From NCBI RefSeq assembly GCF_000143415.4, contig NW_003314457.1, positions 17,302-79,028 of the forward strand: a stretch of DNA of 61,727 nucleotides, written 5' to 3'. The translations under genes were made by a program, and so were the position numbers. Under the pieces are notes generated by a model, which saw only the letters and a program-made list of their open reading frames with translations, was not told the origin of the DNA and did no database searches. Origin of the DNA: Selaginella moellendorffii (taxonomy: Eukaryota; Plantae; Lycopodiophyta). This document shows positions 12,224-22,135 of this stretch, piece after piece (positions within the stretch are counted from its first letter, which is position 1; every line of letters starts with the position of its first letter).

Positions 12224-13510
12224 TTATTTGGACCGCCCGGCTAGCTGGAGCTGCTGCCTGTTGACAACGTCGTGGTAGTAGAGCAGCACGCACATCGGCT
12301 GCCCGACGATGCAAAAGAAGAACCAGAAGATCATGTTGCCGACCATGGAGCTCTGGAACTTGCGCTGGAGGACGTTGGTCACCAGAACCAGCGGCACCTG
12401 GAACATGATCCCCAGAAACGCCCAGCCCCGCAGCATGTGGCACGGCACCGCGATGCAAATCTCGTGAAAGATCCCGGAGATGACGAACACCACCAGAATG
12501 GCGAGCTGCTTGTGGAGGCCCAGCCGGAGGCACGGGAAGTAGACGTGGCGGACGAGCCAGCGGTGGACGGGCATGTTCCACAGCCGCCAGTACTCGTCCA
12601 CCGACTTGGCGTTCCACCAGTCCTTGTAGAACTCGCGGTCGCCGAAGCACAGGATCTCCGCCACGATGTTGAGCCACAGGTGGAAGAAGCAGTAGAAGAA
12701 GCCGAGCCAGACGTAGAGCGTGGGGATGGACAGCTTGAGCACGCGCTCGATCGCGTAGAGGTAGTTCCCCTTGAGCGGGTGCGTCGAGTTCCGGATGATC
12801 GGATTCATGTACTGCCCGATGATGAAGCCCATGAATCCGTTGAAGACGATCCACTTGCCCAGCTGCCGGAGCACCCACCCGGTTCTAATCCGCGGCGAGC
12901 GCGGGTAGCTCAGCTGGTAGCACAGCGTCGGCGCCGCCATGAAGTAGGCGATGTTCTTGAGCGAGATGTTGTCCGGGTAGTCGATCGCCGGCGCCTCGGC
13001 GGGGAGCTCGATCTTGCCACCGTCCTTCTTCACCGCGCGGATGTCGGCGTTCGTGTGCGCGTAGGAGACGAGCTTGAGCCAGCCGGTGACGGCGATGAGC
13101 ATGAGAACCAGCCCCGAGAGGAGATCCGACTGGAACATCTCGATCACGTAGATCGGGTAGAGCAGCGCGGCGGCGAGGTTGATCAAGTGGAGCGGCGCCA
13201 CGGCGGTGGCGGGACGGCGGGCCTTGATCTTCTCGATGACATAGGCGGCGAGGGGGAAGATCAGCAGGGAGAGGCCACACATGAGGAGCGGCCAGTCCTT
13301 GAGCGACTTGGAGCTGAAGAGGACCTCGGCCTGGATGAGGAGGCCATACTTCATGAGATTCTCGATGATGAGCCGGCTGTTCACCGCCACCAGCACGACG
13401 ATGCAGAGGTTGAAGAGGCCGGCGTGGCTCTGCGTGAAGATGGCGTCGGAGCTGAGCGGGCTCTCCTTGCTCCGCCGGTGCGCCGGGAGCGAGGGCCGCA
13501 TGGCTTGCAT
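12224..13510 (-). CDS. DGAT1: Diacylglycerol O-acyltransferase 1 (MBOAT), uninterrupted CDS
   Basis: PAHRRSKESPLSSDAIF, GLFNLCIVVLVAVNSRLIIENLMKYG, APTLCYQ, ERVLKL, FGDREFYKDWWN, WNMPVHRW, catalytic FHE. Start at 13510 or 13501; possible 5'UTR intron 13504-13572. Confidence 0.95.
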   Translation of the reverse strand: MQAMRPSLPAHRRSKESPLSSDAIFTQSHAGLFNLCIVVLVAVNSRLIIENLMKYGLLIQAEVLFSSKSLKDWPLLMCGLSLLIFPLAAYVIEKIKARRPATAVAPLHLINLAAALLYPIYVIEMFQSDLLSGLVLMLIAVTGWLKLVSYAHTNADIRAVKKDGGKIELPAEAPAIDYPDNISLKNIAYFMAAPTLCYQLSYPRSPRIRTGWVLRQLGKWIVFNGFMGFIIGQYMNPIIRNSTHPLKGNYLYAIERVLKLSIPTLYVWLGFFYCFFHLWLNIVAEILCFGDREFYKDWWNAKSVDEYWRLWNMPVHRWLVRHVYFPCLRLGLHKQLAILVVFVISGIFHEICIAVPCHMLRGWAFLGIMFQVPLVLVTNVLQRKFQSSMVGNMIFWFFFCIVGQPMCVLLYYHDVVNRQQLQLAGRSK

Positions 13511-13678
13511 GGCCGCCGCGAGGAAAAGGAGGAGGAGGAGGAGAATCCAAGCGGCGGCGAGAACAAATGTACCTGCGCGGAGGGATCGGCGGATCCAGCA
13601 AGGAGCGGGGAGGCGCAGGCGCAGTAAATTCTCATGCCCTGGCGCTCCGGGCTTCCTCCTGAAAGCTGGACATAGAGG

Positions 13679-13790
13679 AACCCTAGAAATTCCCAATTTT
13701 AGGGTTCTTGGGCAGGGGAGAGTTAGGGCTCTTGGGCATTAGGAAATCCCAACTTTTAGGGTTCTTGGGCCAAAGTTAGGGTTCTTGGGC
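13679..13790. promoter_or_regulatory. Four TTAGGG(T/C)TCTTGGGC units (telo-box-like plus site II-like) in the DGAT1/SF3B4 divergent spacer
   Basis: Units at 13699, 13723, 13756, 13776 and an inverted AACCCTAG at 13679. Confidence 0.65.
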
Positions 13791-13804
13791 AGGGAGGGGC
13801 GAGA

Positions 13805-14716
13805 ATGACCAAGGTCGTGGCCGGCGCGGGCGCCAATCTCCTGTCCCAGCACGCCAAGGAGCACAACCAGGACGCGACCGCGTACGTGGGCAACCTGGAT
13901 CCCCAGGTAACCGAGGACATCCTGTGGGAGCTCTTCACGCAGGTGGCCCGCGTCCAGAGCGTCTACATCCCGCGCGACAAGATTACCACCGCGCACTCGG
14001 GCTACGGCTTCGTGGAGCTGGCCAACGAGACGGCGGTGGACTACGCCGTCAAGATCCTCAACAACTGCCGCCTCTACGGGCGGTGCATCCGGATGAGCAA
14101 GGCCTCGCACAAGGACGAGAACGTCGGCGCCAATCTCTTCGTGGGCAACCTCAGCCGGACCGTGGACAACTATCTCCTGGGATCCATCTTCAGCGGCTTC
14201 GGCCGCGTCGTCTACTCGAGCGTCGTCCACTCGGACGACCAGACGCGGCCCGGCTATGGCTTCGTGCACTACGACTGCTTCGAGGCGTCGGACCTGGCCA
14301 TCGAGAGCATGGACAAGCAGTTCATCGAGAACCAGCAGGTGAGCGTGTCGTACGCGCGCAAGAAGGACAGCGGCGAGCTGCACGGGTCGCCCGCGGAGCG
14401 CGAGATCGCCGCCAAGAACCCCGACCGGAAGCCGCACATCATCCCCAAGTTCCAGCCGCCGCTGCCGCCGCCCGAGGCCTCCGCCGCCACCGGGGGGTAC
14501 TACCATGGTTACGGTAGCGGGGTGCCGTACACGGTGATGCCGCCGCCGCCCCCCCAGCAGCACGACTGGTCGCACCACCACCACCACGCGCAGGCGGCGC
14601 CGCCCGCGCCGGCGGTGGTAGCGGCGCCGCCACCGCCGCAGGGGCAGTGGTTCCCGTCGCCAGGGGCGCCGCCACCGCACCAGGCGTGGATGCCACCACC
14701 GCCTCCGCGGATGTAA
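13805..14716 (+). CDS. SF3B4: Splicing factor 3B subunit 4 (SAP49)-like, two RRMs plus Pro-rich tail, intronless, divergent
   Basis: GANLLSQH..E.NQDAT.YVGNLD, LWELF.Q, GYGFVE, VGANLFVGNL, FEASD.AIE.M, VSYA.KKD..E.HG.PAER. Confidence 0.9.
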   Translation: MTKVVAGAGANLLSQHAKEHNQDATAYVGNLDPQVTEDILWELFTQVARVQSVYIPRDKITTAHSGYGFVELANETAVDYAVKILNNCRLYGRCIRMSKASHKDENVGANLFVGNLSRTVDNYLLGSIFSGFGRVVYSSVVHSDDQTRPGYGFVHYDCFEASDLAIESMDKQFIENQQVSVSYARKKDSGELHGSPAEREIAAKNPDRKPHIIPKFQPPLPPPEASAATGGYYHGYGSGVPYTVMPPPPPQQHDWSHHHHHAQAAPPAPAVVAAPPPPQGQWFPSPGAPPPHQAWMPPPPPRM

Positions 14717-14940
14717 GGTAGCCACTTTTTTTCTTTTCTTAGAGTTGTGGAAGCTCTAGCAGAGCTTTGGATGAAAGACTGTATGCTATAAGTTTTGTCC
14801 AGGAATCTATCTCCAAAAAGTTTGGAAGCTGTATATGCTTCAACCGAGAAGATAGATCATAAACCAAGAACAAAAGCAAAGAAATGTACGCACAAACAGG
14901 AGTTACAAAGTTTCGAAGATCTACAGCCACAGCCAGTTCC

Positions 14941-17900
14941 TCATTGCTTCTACGAGAAGATAGATCAAAAACCAGCAAGAACAAAAGCAAAAAACTGTTA
15001 CCTTAGCGAACGAAGTCGAGCTTTCCAGTTTGCAAAGAAGCTCGTATGCACATCTGCGGTCGAGCTTATGCTGGAGCCGAAAGTCCCGTCCCGCGTACTG
15101 CGAGCACAAGGCCTCGGTGTCTGACGTGAGCGGCGGGAGTATCTCCGAGCAGCTTGGAAGACACGGAGACGCAGGAGCCACCGCCTCGCCGCTTTCATAA
15201 GCCAAGTCCGCTGCCAGGATCCACACGAGATCTGGATCGCTGCTTGATAGAGCACTCGCTGTCTCCGCGGCTAGCTCTTTCAGCTCCCACTGACTGCAAG
15301 CTAAGCTCACCACCGCCCCGGCAACCGTCTCAAAGATTGCATCCAAGGCTGGAGCACTCTTCTTGTCCCCGCTTATAGCTTTGATGCACTTGAGCGCTGC
15401 TTCTTGGACTTTACGAACTGTTCCTGGAGACTCCCTGGTGGCAAGAGCTCGAGTGGCAGGCTGCGCTATAAGCTGGTCGAGACCGACCCGGCCTCCAGTT
15501 ACCGGACCGTCTTGAAGAAGCCGTAGAAGCAAAGGCAGGACGTCCTTTTGCAGGCGACGAGCTAGAAAAGATCCACCGCATTCGCGCGCAACAAATGCTA
15601 TGGCACTCAAACATCTTACGAGAACCTGCGAAGGAAAACTTGTCTGCAAACTGGAAAAAGAGAGTAGCACTTAAGCTAGCTTACCGCTGGGTGTTCACTC
15701 CTCAAGCAGCATACTACGTGAGGCCAGATCTGGTGGATGGTAGGAAGAAGCTTGTTCCCGTCGTTGGGGTCCCTGTCCGGTGTTTCATAATCCAAGTTGC
15801 CTTGGGACCTTTCGAAAGCTTGCATGGCTTCTTCCCATCTCAAGTTGCTAGCTTTATAAGCGGCTTCGATCTTAGACAGCGCTGCAACACCATCCTGTAA
15901 CAACATCACGGCTCATTAACATTTGCGAACACTCTGTTCAATACCAACCTCTATTATGTCAAGTGCAAGAATCCTCGCGGGGATATTTTTCGAGGCAAGT
16001 AGCGGAGCCGAAGACACAATGCACGAAGATGCCACCGTCAAAACTGAATGGTGGCATCTTTTGTGCTGCAGCAACGTCTGAATGTTCTGCTCCCCTTCAT
16101 CCATAGATGATGGCAAATCTGAAAGATAGCTTCGCTCAGAAACGAATACAGTAAAACACCATACCCACCACTCGACGCTAGTTCAAAGCTTTCATGCCTA
16201 GCAGCTCTAGTTATTTCTCGCAGTGCCTGTTATCAATGTGATTAGCTAGTTGATGACGATTTCATACACCATTACCTTCAGGATTGGAACCGTAAGGTAA
16301 GGATGGTGGTGCCTGCCAGGTATTTCCAGTTCCTGGAGAAGACCTCGCATCTAAACCAGGGAGAGTTAAGCAAGTTGAGACTTCAGATCACTTACTGGTT
16401 CTTCGAGGAGGGGAAGCAGGTCGGCTGCAGCTCCAGTTTGTTGTAATATAGCGGTCAAAAACTCAGGCGCATGAGGATACATTGATATGTGCCTCAGTTG
16501 CCGACACAACGAATCCACCACATGATCCAAATTTGCCACTACCAGTTTTTGCACCTAGAAACGGAAAAAAACGAGTTATTATCCACAATTTGTAAGCAGA
16601 AGCATAACTTACAGAAACATAACCGGAGTGATGGGAAATTGCACGTAACGAAATGCTCGCTGCGTGGGCGACCGAATATCGGCTACAGCCCAGCTTCTCC
16701 AATAGGGGATAAATCACCAAGCCCAAGTAGCCGCTGGTTTCGAACGAGCTTCCCAAAGTCATTCCGAAAATTCCAACACCTTCAATAAGCACCTGTAAAG
16801 CTTTTATGAGACGATCATGCAAGAAATACACAAACCTGTTGAAGTGTTGCATTGTCTTCGAGGATAGCCAGATCACTCTCGTCACTTCCTTGAGAATCAA
16901 CTGGAAGATCCCACAATTCTGACACCATGTAATCGTGAAGGACGTCGTCAATGGCGTCACGGACATGTGAAAGAAAGTCTGCCTTCGGCAGCGGATCCCA
17001 TTCATTGGATTCTTTACTTCCGAAGAGATTATTCCTGTCCAGCCAAGTTCCAGATGCTCCGTAGATAATCTCGTTCAATGCGCAAGCTGCAGCGGCAGCA
17101 GAGCGTCGAAGCTGGCCACCCTTGTCAGCTCCACTTTCCGATGCACAATCACGGATAGACGACTGGAGGAGTAGTAGCAAGTCCGCTAAACTTGGTTTGT
17201 CGACAGAACCTCTCAAGCTCGAGAAACCAGCAAGTCTCAGAGTGCTTGCCAGTGCATCATACAGCTTCACTTTTCCAGCCTGCGTGAACCAAGGAGCTGT
17301 CCGAGGCAACTGATCATTTGCCACTTCAGCCTCAAGACTCGCTCCATGCGGAAGTGAAATCTCTCGAAACTTGTAGCCTCCGGATTCAATGTAGCCGGAC
17401 GATGCAAACGTTGAAGGAAGACTTAGAGATTGTGTCATAATAGTGATGAACCGCGAAACACAAGCCTGAAACATCCGTCAGCCTTCAATTCCAAAAGATA
17501 CTCAAATTAATTCAGGCTTACCGGAGATTGAAACAGCGACGTAAAGACAGCTCTGGGGCCTGAGTAATACATTGCGGCTGCTAGTCGTCGCGCATGATGC
17601 AATGCAGAAACTTCATCCGCTGAAATAACAACTTTAGGCAGATCCTCCAAAAGCCTGGATCATCAACTGTTAGGCTTTATCACAGTACTTGACTTTCAAA
17701 CCTGTTGAGAACAGCAGTGAAAGCCGATCTTAGTTTGGAGTCACTTCCGGAATGCGCGAGGAATGAAAGACGGTGACTTGCAGTGGCCGAAACGGAGCTT
17801 GAATCACCGCAAGCAAAGAGCAGCAGAGTTTCCTGACATACATCAGTCATTCCCCAACAACGATCGCTAGCAAATATTGATCTTACCAAAAGCAATGGCA

Positions 17901-19272
17901 TGCAGACTTCCAAGGTCTTCTGGCAAGATCCAATTATTTGCCCGGTAGCTTCCACGACCGCTTTACGTACAGCTGCGACCGGATGAGCACAAAGCTGAAA
18001 CCATGTCAAGAAGCTTGAACTGCAAAAAGAAAAGGAGGAAGTTTCAAACGTACCAAGGGAAGAACATCCTGTAACAACTTGTCGATATGAGATACTGTGT
18101 CGGCAAGCCACCTTTCGTGGCACTCTACGCGCATGACCTTTCGATCCTCCATGCTCGTGTCTGCAACCTCAAGCTGATGCTCATCACGTCGAGTTTCATG
18201 TACCGCCTTCTTCGACAGCTTTTGCAAAGCTCCCAAAGCTTCCTGGTCCTGAATGCGAGGAGTGGCGATGTCTGCAGTTACTAAACTCCGGGAATCCGCA
18301 AGCACGAGAACGAGCAGCTCGGCAATCCCCAGGATCGCCTCACTCAACGACCGGCTGCTGGCAGCTGCTCCAACGGAATAGAACTGCGCGGCGGAAACAA
18401 AACCCGACCTCCCGTTGCTCACAACTGCACCCTTGATCACTTTTCCAAGCCCGCTGGCAACACCGGGAAGAAAAAACGCGAGAGCATCGGGCGATGCAAC
18501 CTGGAAGAACTCTATTCAGCAAGAGAAGAAAAGGAAGAACTTGAATCACCTTCGTCACGACGATTCTAAGCGTTGCAAGAGAGTCGGCTCGTATTGATCC
18601 ACTCCCCACGCCAGCTCTTGCAGCCTCGGCATGAGAGATCTGCAAGAAGAATCTAGTCACACTCAAGAGAAAAACCACACAAAAATACCTGGAGTAAGAC
18701 CGAGAACAAATGGCCGATGGCGGCGGCCATCTCCTCCGACCGCATTCTCTCCGCGACATCTCCCTGAGGAGGCAAATGCTGGAACATGGAAGCCAGGCAT
18801 TTGACAACCCCGTGGCGGAATTCTTCCGACGCCTCGTCGGGCGTGAGCATGGCCGCGCCGACGAGTTTCCGCAGCAGCGTCGCCATCTCCTGGATGTCTT
18901 GGACGGGGCATTTCCGCAGCAGAATCTCCAAACACGCAGCAACTCTCTCCGCCAATCTGTCGCTCACGATCACGGGCTTGGATCGCACCGCTACGCCCTT
19001 GGCTCGCAGCACCACGGCCGCGTCGATGAGGAGCAGCAGTGGGAAGAGCGCACACCTGACGATTCATCCCAGAATGAGGGAGAGAGAGAGAAAGGGGGGG
19101 ATTTTCACTTTGCTTACTGGTAGCAGCTCTGGAGAGCCGATGCCGGGAGTGCCTCCAAAACCTTCTCGAGGGCCTCTGCCGCCTCGATCGCCTGGCCCTG
19201 CGCCTCGATGCCCGCGGTGGGAAGCTCCAGGAGCTTCGTGCACAGAGGCCGGAGCGCCGAAGAGGCCATCAT
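14941..19272 (-). CDS. TTI1: TELO2-interacting protein 1 (TTT complex HEAT-repeat protein), multi-exon
   Basis: LRPLCTKLLEL, LFPLLLLIDAA, LVVANLDHVVDSLCRQLR, LLPLLEEP, LLPTIHQIWPHVV, FLARRLQKDVLP across many short-intron exons. Last-exon choice uncertain (stop 14941 or 14739). Confidence 0.85.
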
Positions 19273-19827
19273 TCACATTTTTAGGGTTTATACAGAGAAA
19301 AACTTAAACCCTTTTGCCCAAGGTGCTAACGATTTTGTAAAAATGCGGTTTTGCGATAAATTATTAACATACTATTACTTAACAGGATTTTCACTTGCGC
19401 AATACCCTAATGGACGAGTCACTCCCCACATTCTTGCTCTCAAAAGCTTCCATGGAACTTTGATCTTGGAGCAGGGTTGATCTTTAAAAGCAGTCTAGGA
19501 CCAATCAACTGGGAAAAGAGGCTTCCTTGGATCAAGCAGACGAATTGGCTAGATCTTTTGCTCAAAAGTAACGGAGCTGGCTGATCAGAGAGAGCGAGAA
19601 AGAGGCCAGATCCATTTATTTAACGATTACATCAATACGGACTTCTACGCATTCATATCCAACAAAAAAGAATCTTTTGTGAGAGAGAAGTGTTTGGACG
19701 TCAGTACACATGGAAAGGCAAAAGGAACACGGGTTGAATACTGAAAGCAACACCTTGACTGCTGGGCTCATTCAATAACAATATCTCATCACAATATAAG
19801 AACAAAGACCGAGACACAGAGCAAGCA

Positions 19828-20770
19828 ATGGCAAGTGTTGCGGATCTACAGCTTGATGGTCTGGTCATTCACCAAGATGGTTCATACACTCGTGGAACAA
19901 TCCCAACGAGTCCGGCAAATCCCGATTTTGTGGATGGAGTGGCCTCGAAAGATCTGACAATTGAGGAGGAAAGCAATCTGTGGGTGAGGGTATTCTGTCC
20001 CCAGCAGAAGCATGAATCTGGTAAGCTGCCTATCCTATGGAGGTGGGTTCATTCAATCCAGCGCTGATGATATTGGATACCACCACCTTTGCGAGGATTT
20101 TGCAAAATCGGTGGTTGCACTTGTGGTCTCCGTGAATTACCGGATTGCACCAGAGCACCGCTTGCCAGTTGCTTATGAGGACGGATTTACCGCTCTGAAA
20201 TGGCTTCAAGCAGTGGCCAAGAAGGAAGTTACCGCGCCCTGGCTGTCGGACTGTGCTGATTTTACCAAGGTTTTCGTGGTGGGCGATAGCGCTGCAGGGA
20301 ATATTGTTTATCATGTCATGAAGCGAGCTTCAGCGAAGAGTGGCTCGGATTTGAAGCCACTGGTTCTGGCTGGCCAGATTCTCATCCAGCCGTTCTTTGG
20401 AGGTGTTGAGCGGACTCCCCCTGAGCTCGTCGAGTTCAAGCCTGGCCAACTTACGACTGAGTTGTGCGATGTGTTTTGGAAGTACACGCTCCCAGATGGA
20501 GCCAACAGAGATCATCCATACTGCAACCCAATGGTGGAGCTCCCCCATGCTCTCAATGATGCGGATATGCCAAGGACACTTGTTGTGATCGGGACCGCTG
20601 ATTTGCTCCATGAAAGGCAGCTCGACTTTGCAAAGAAAGTGAAGGAGATTGGCATCCCAGTTCAGCAGGTTGTGTTTGAGAATGCAGGCCATGCGTTTTA
20701 CATGACTGAAGGACAGGAGAGAGTGAAGCTTGTGGAAGTTCTGACAGAATTTGTAAGTCAAGAGATATAA
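19828..20770 (+). pseudogene. Carboxylesterase (CXE / HSL alpha-beta hydrolase), frameshifted
   Basis: DGVASKD, VSVNYRIAPEHRLPVAYED, GDSAAGN, RDHPYCNP, DLL, GHAF. A small deletion near 20037 removes the residues before GGGF (HGGG His lost) and splits ORFs 19828-20067 and 20012-20770. Confidence 0.85.
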
Positions 20771-20882
20771 TACAAAACATTTGATACCACTTTTTAGCTC
20801 ATGAGCTCAGAATTCAATAAATCTAATTGTCTTTAATTCTTCATTTATTATTTCAAAAAATGTCTAAATTTTGTTTTGAGTC

Positions 20883-21600
20883 TTACAAATAATCGCCACA
20901 GGAGCACTGTCCATCTCTAAAAATATGGAGCCTGCTCGCATACACTCCTCCAGCTTGGAGATGATTGCCGTGGCTTTTTGACAATCCTGGCACACTCTCA
21001 AATAACTGACGACACTTCCTGGCTTGGAATTGATCAACGCACAAGGGACTGCAAGCTTCTCGCTGTGCTAGGCACATCCTCTTTCTCGCCAACATCCTCG
21101 CAAAAACTTTGCTCCTCTCATCAAGCTTGCCTGTGCTCGAGTATATGTTGGCCATGAGAACATATGCCGCAGCACTGCTCGCGTCGAGCTCCACCAACGA
21201 CTCGAAAGCCACCTCCCTCACGGCCACATTCTTCCATTTACACACCCCAAGCAGCGTCTTCCAGAGGCATGGATTCAATCACGTTTACTGCCCTGGGTTG
21301 CGAGGCCCAGCATACGTAGTGCTCTTTCCCTGGAGAAATTCCAAGCTTGTTGCTCATCACTGTGAAATACTTCCTTGCCTCTTCGACCAGACTGGTATGG
21401 CTGTAAGCGCTCAAAACCGACATGAAGGTCTCGGACCCGTCACTGCACTGGAAGATGGAGACCATGCCTTTCAAGCGAAACATGGAGACATGGTGCCCTT
21501 TTTGGCTCCAGGCCTCTATTCTCTCCAGCATCTCACACACCGGCAATACATGATATCCTGCTATCATGGATCCGCCAATAGCCAAGAGGTTGACAAGAAT
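20883..21600 (-). pseudogene. PLS-class PPR-DYW (RNA editing factor) relic
   Basis: TFMSVLSAYSH..LVEEA..YF..M....GI.P..EHY.C, WKTLLGVC, AYVLMANIY, terminal LHIFRDGQCSCGDYL, fragmented over several frames. Confidence 0.85.
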
Positions 21601-21940
21601 ATTTTAAGACTATTCTGGCACAGTTAAGGTTTTAGTTATTAAATAAGTATTTTAAACCAAATTAATAAGTTTAATAATATTTAGATCTGTGTAAACTACC
21701 AGTATCTAATCTTAGTGGCAATAGTTGCTATTTAATAGAGGTTTTGCCTTATCAACTAGTTTACAGAAGAAATTATTATTTTAAAATTTAATACTTAGTA
21801 TTTATATTAATTATTTAAGTTAGCATTCTCTAATTTATAATATATATTTATTTAAAGTTTTCATTGGTTTGCTTAAGCAAATCTGTAAGGGGATTGGGAT
21901 GGTAGTGGATATACCTAGAATATGCTTGGATGTTCTAGGA

Positions 21941-22135
21941 TATTCTACCATCTAATAGTTGTTATTCATTTAGATTAATCTTGTATTTATAATTTATAAA
22001 CATGTTTATAATTTATAAACTTTCTTAAACCCTTTCTAGTATATTCTTTTTTATTCTATCATCTAATGGTTGATATGCAATAAGATTAATCTTGTATTTA
22101 TAAATTACAAACATGCTTATAATTATAAACTTTAT
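21941..22135. repeat. AT-rich degenerate direct repeat, about 110-bp period, 2 units
   Basis: TATTCTA(C/T)CATCTAAT...AGATTAATCTTGTATTTATAA...TATAAACTTT at about 21941 and 22052. Confidence 0.7.

Noticed and set aside
12272-13627. 451-aa antisense ORF over DGAT1 (and 328-aa over SF3B4)
   Set aside because: Expected shadow of extreme GC3 bias; no recognisable motifs
13679-13790. Interstitial telomere
   Set aside because: Isolated units separated by other sequence; better explained as promoter motifs
20021-20042. 22-nt GT-AG micro-intron that would rescue the CXE frame
   Set aside because: Far shorter than other introns here (47 nt or more) and would still remove the HGGG motif
19828-20770. 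GID1 gibberellin receptor
   Set aside because: Catalytic His retained (GHAF) and no GID1 N-terminal lid; fits CXE
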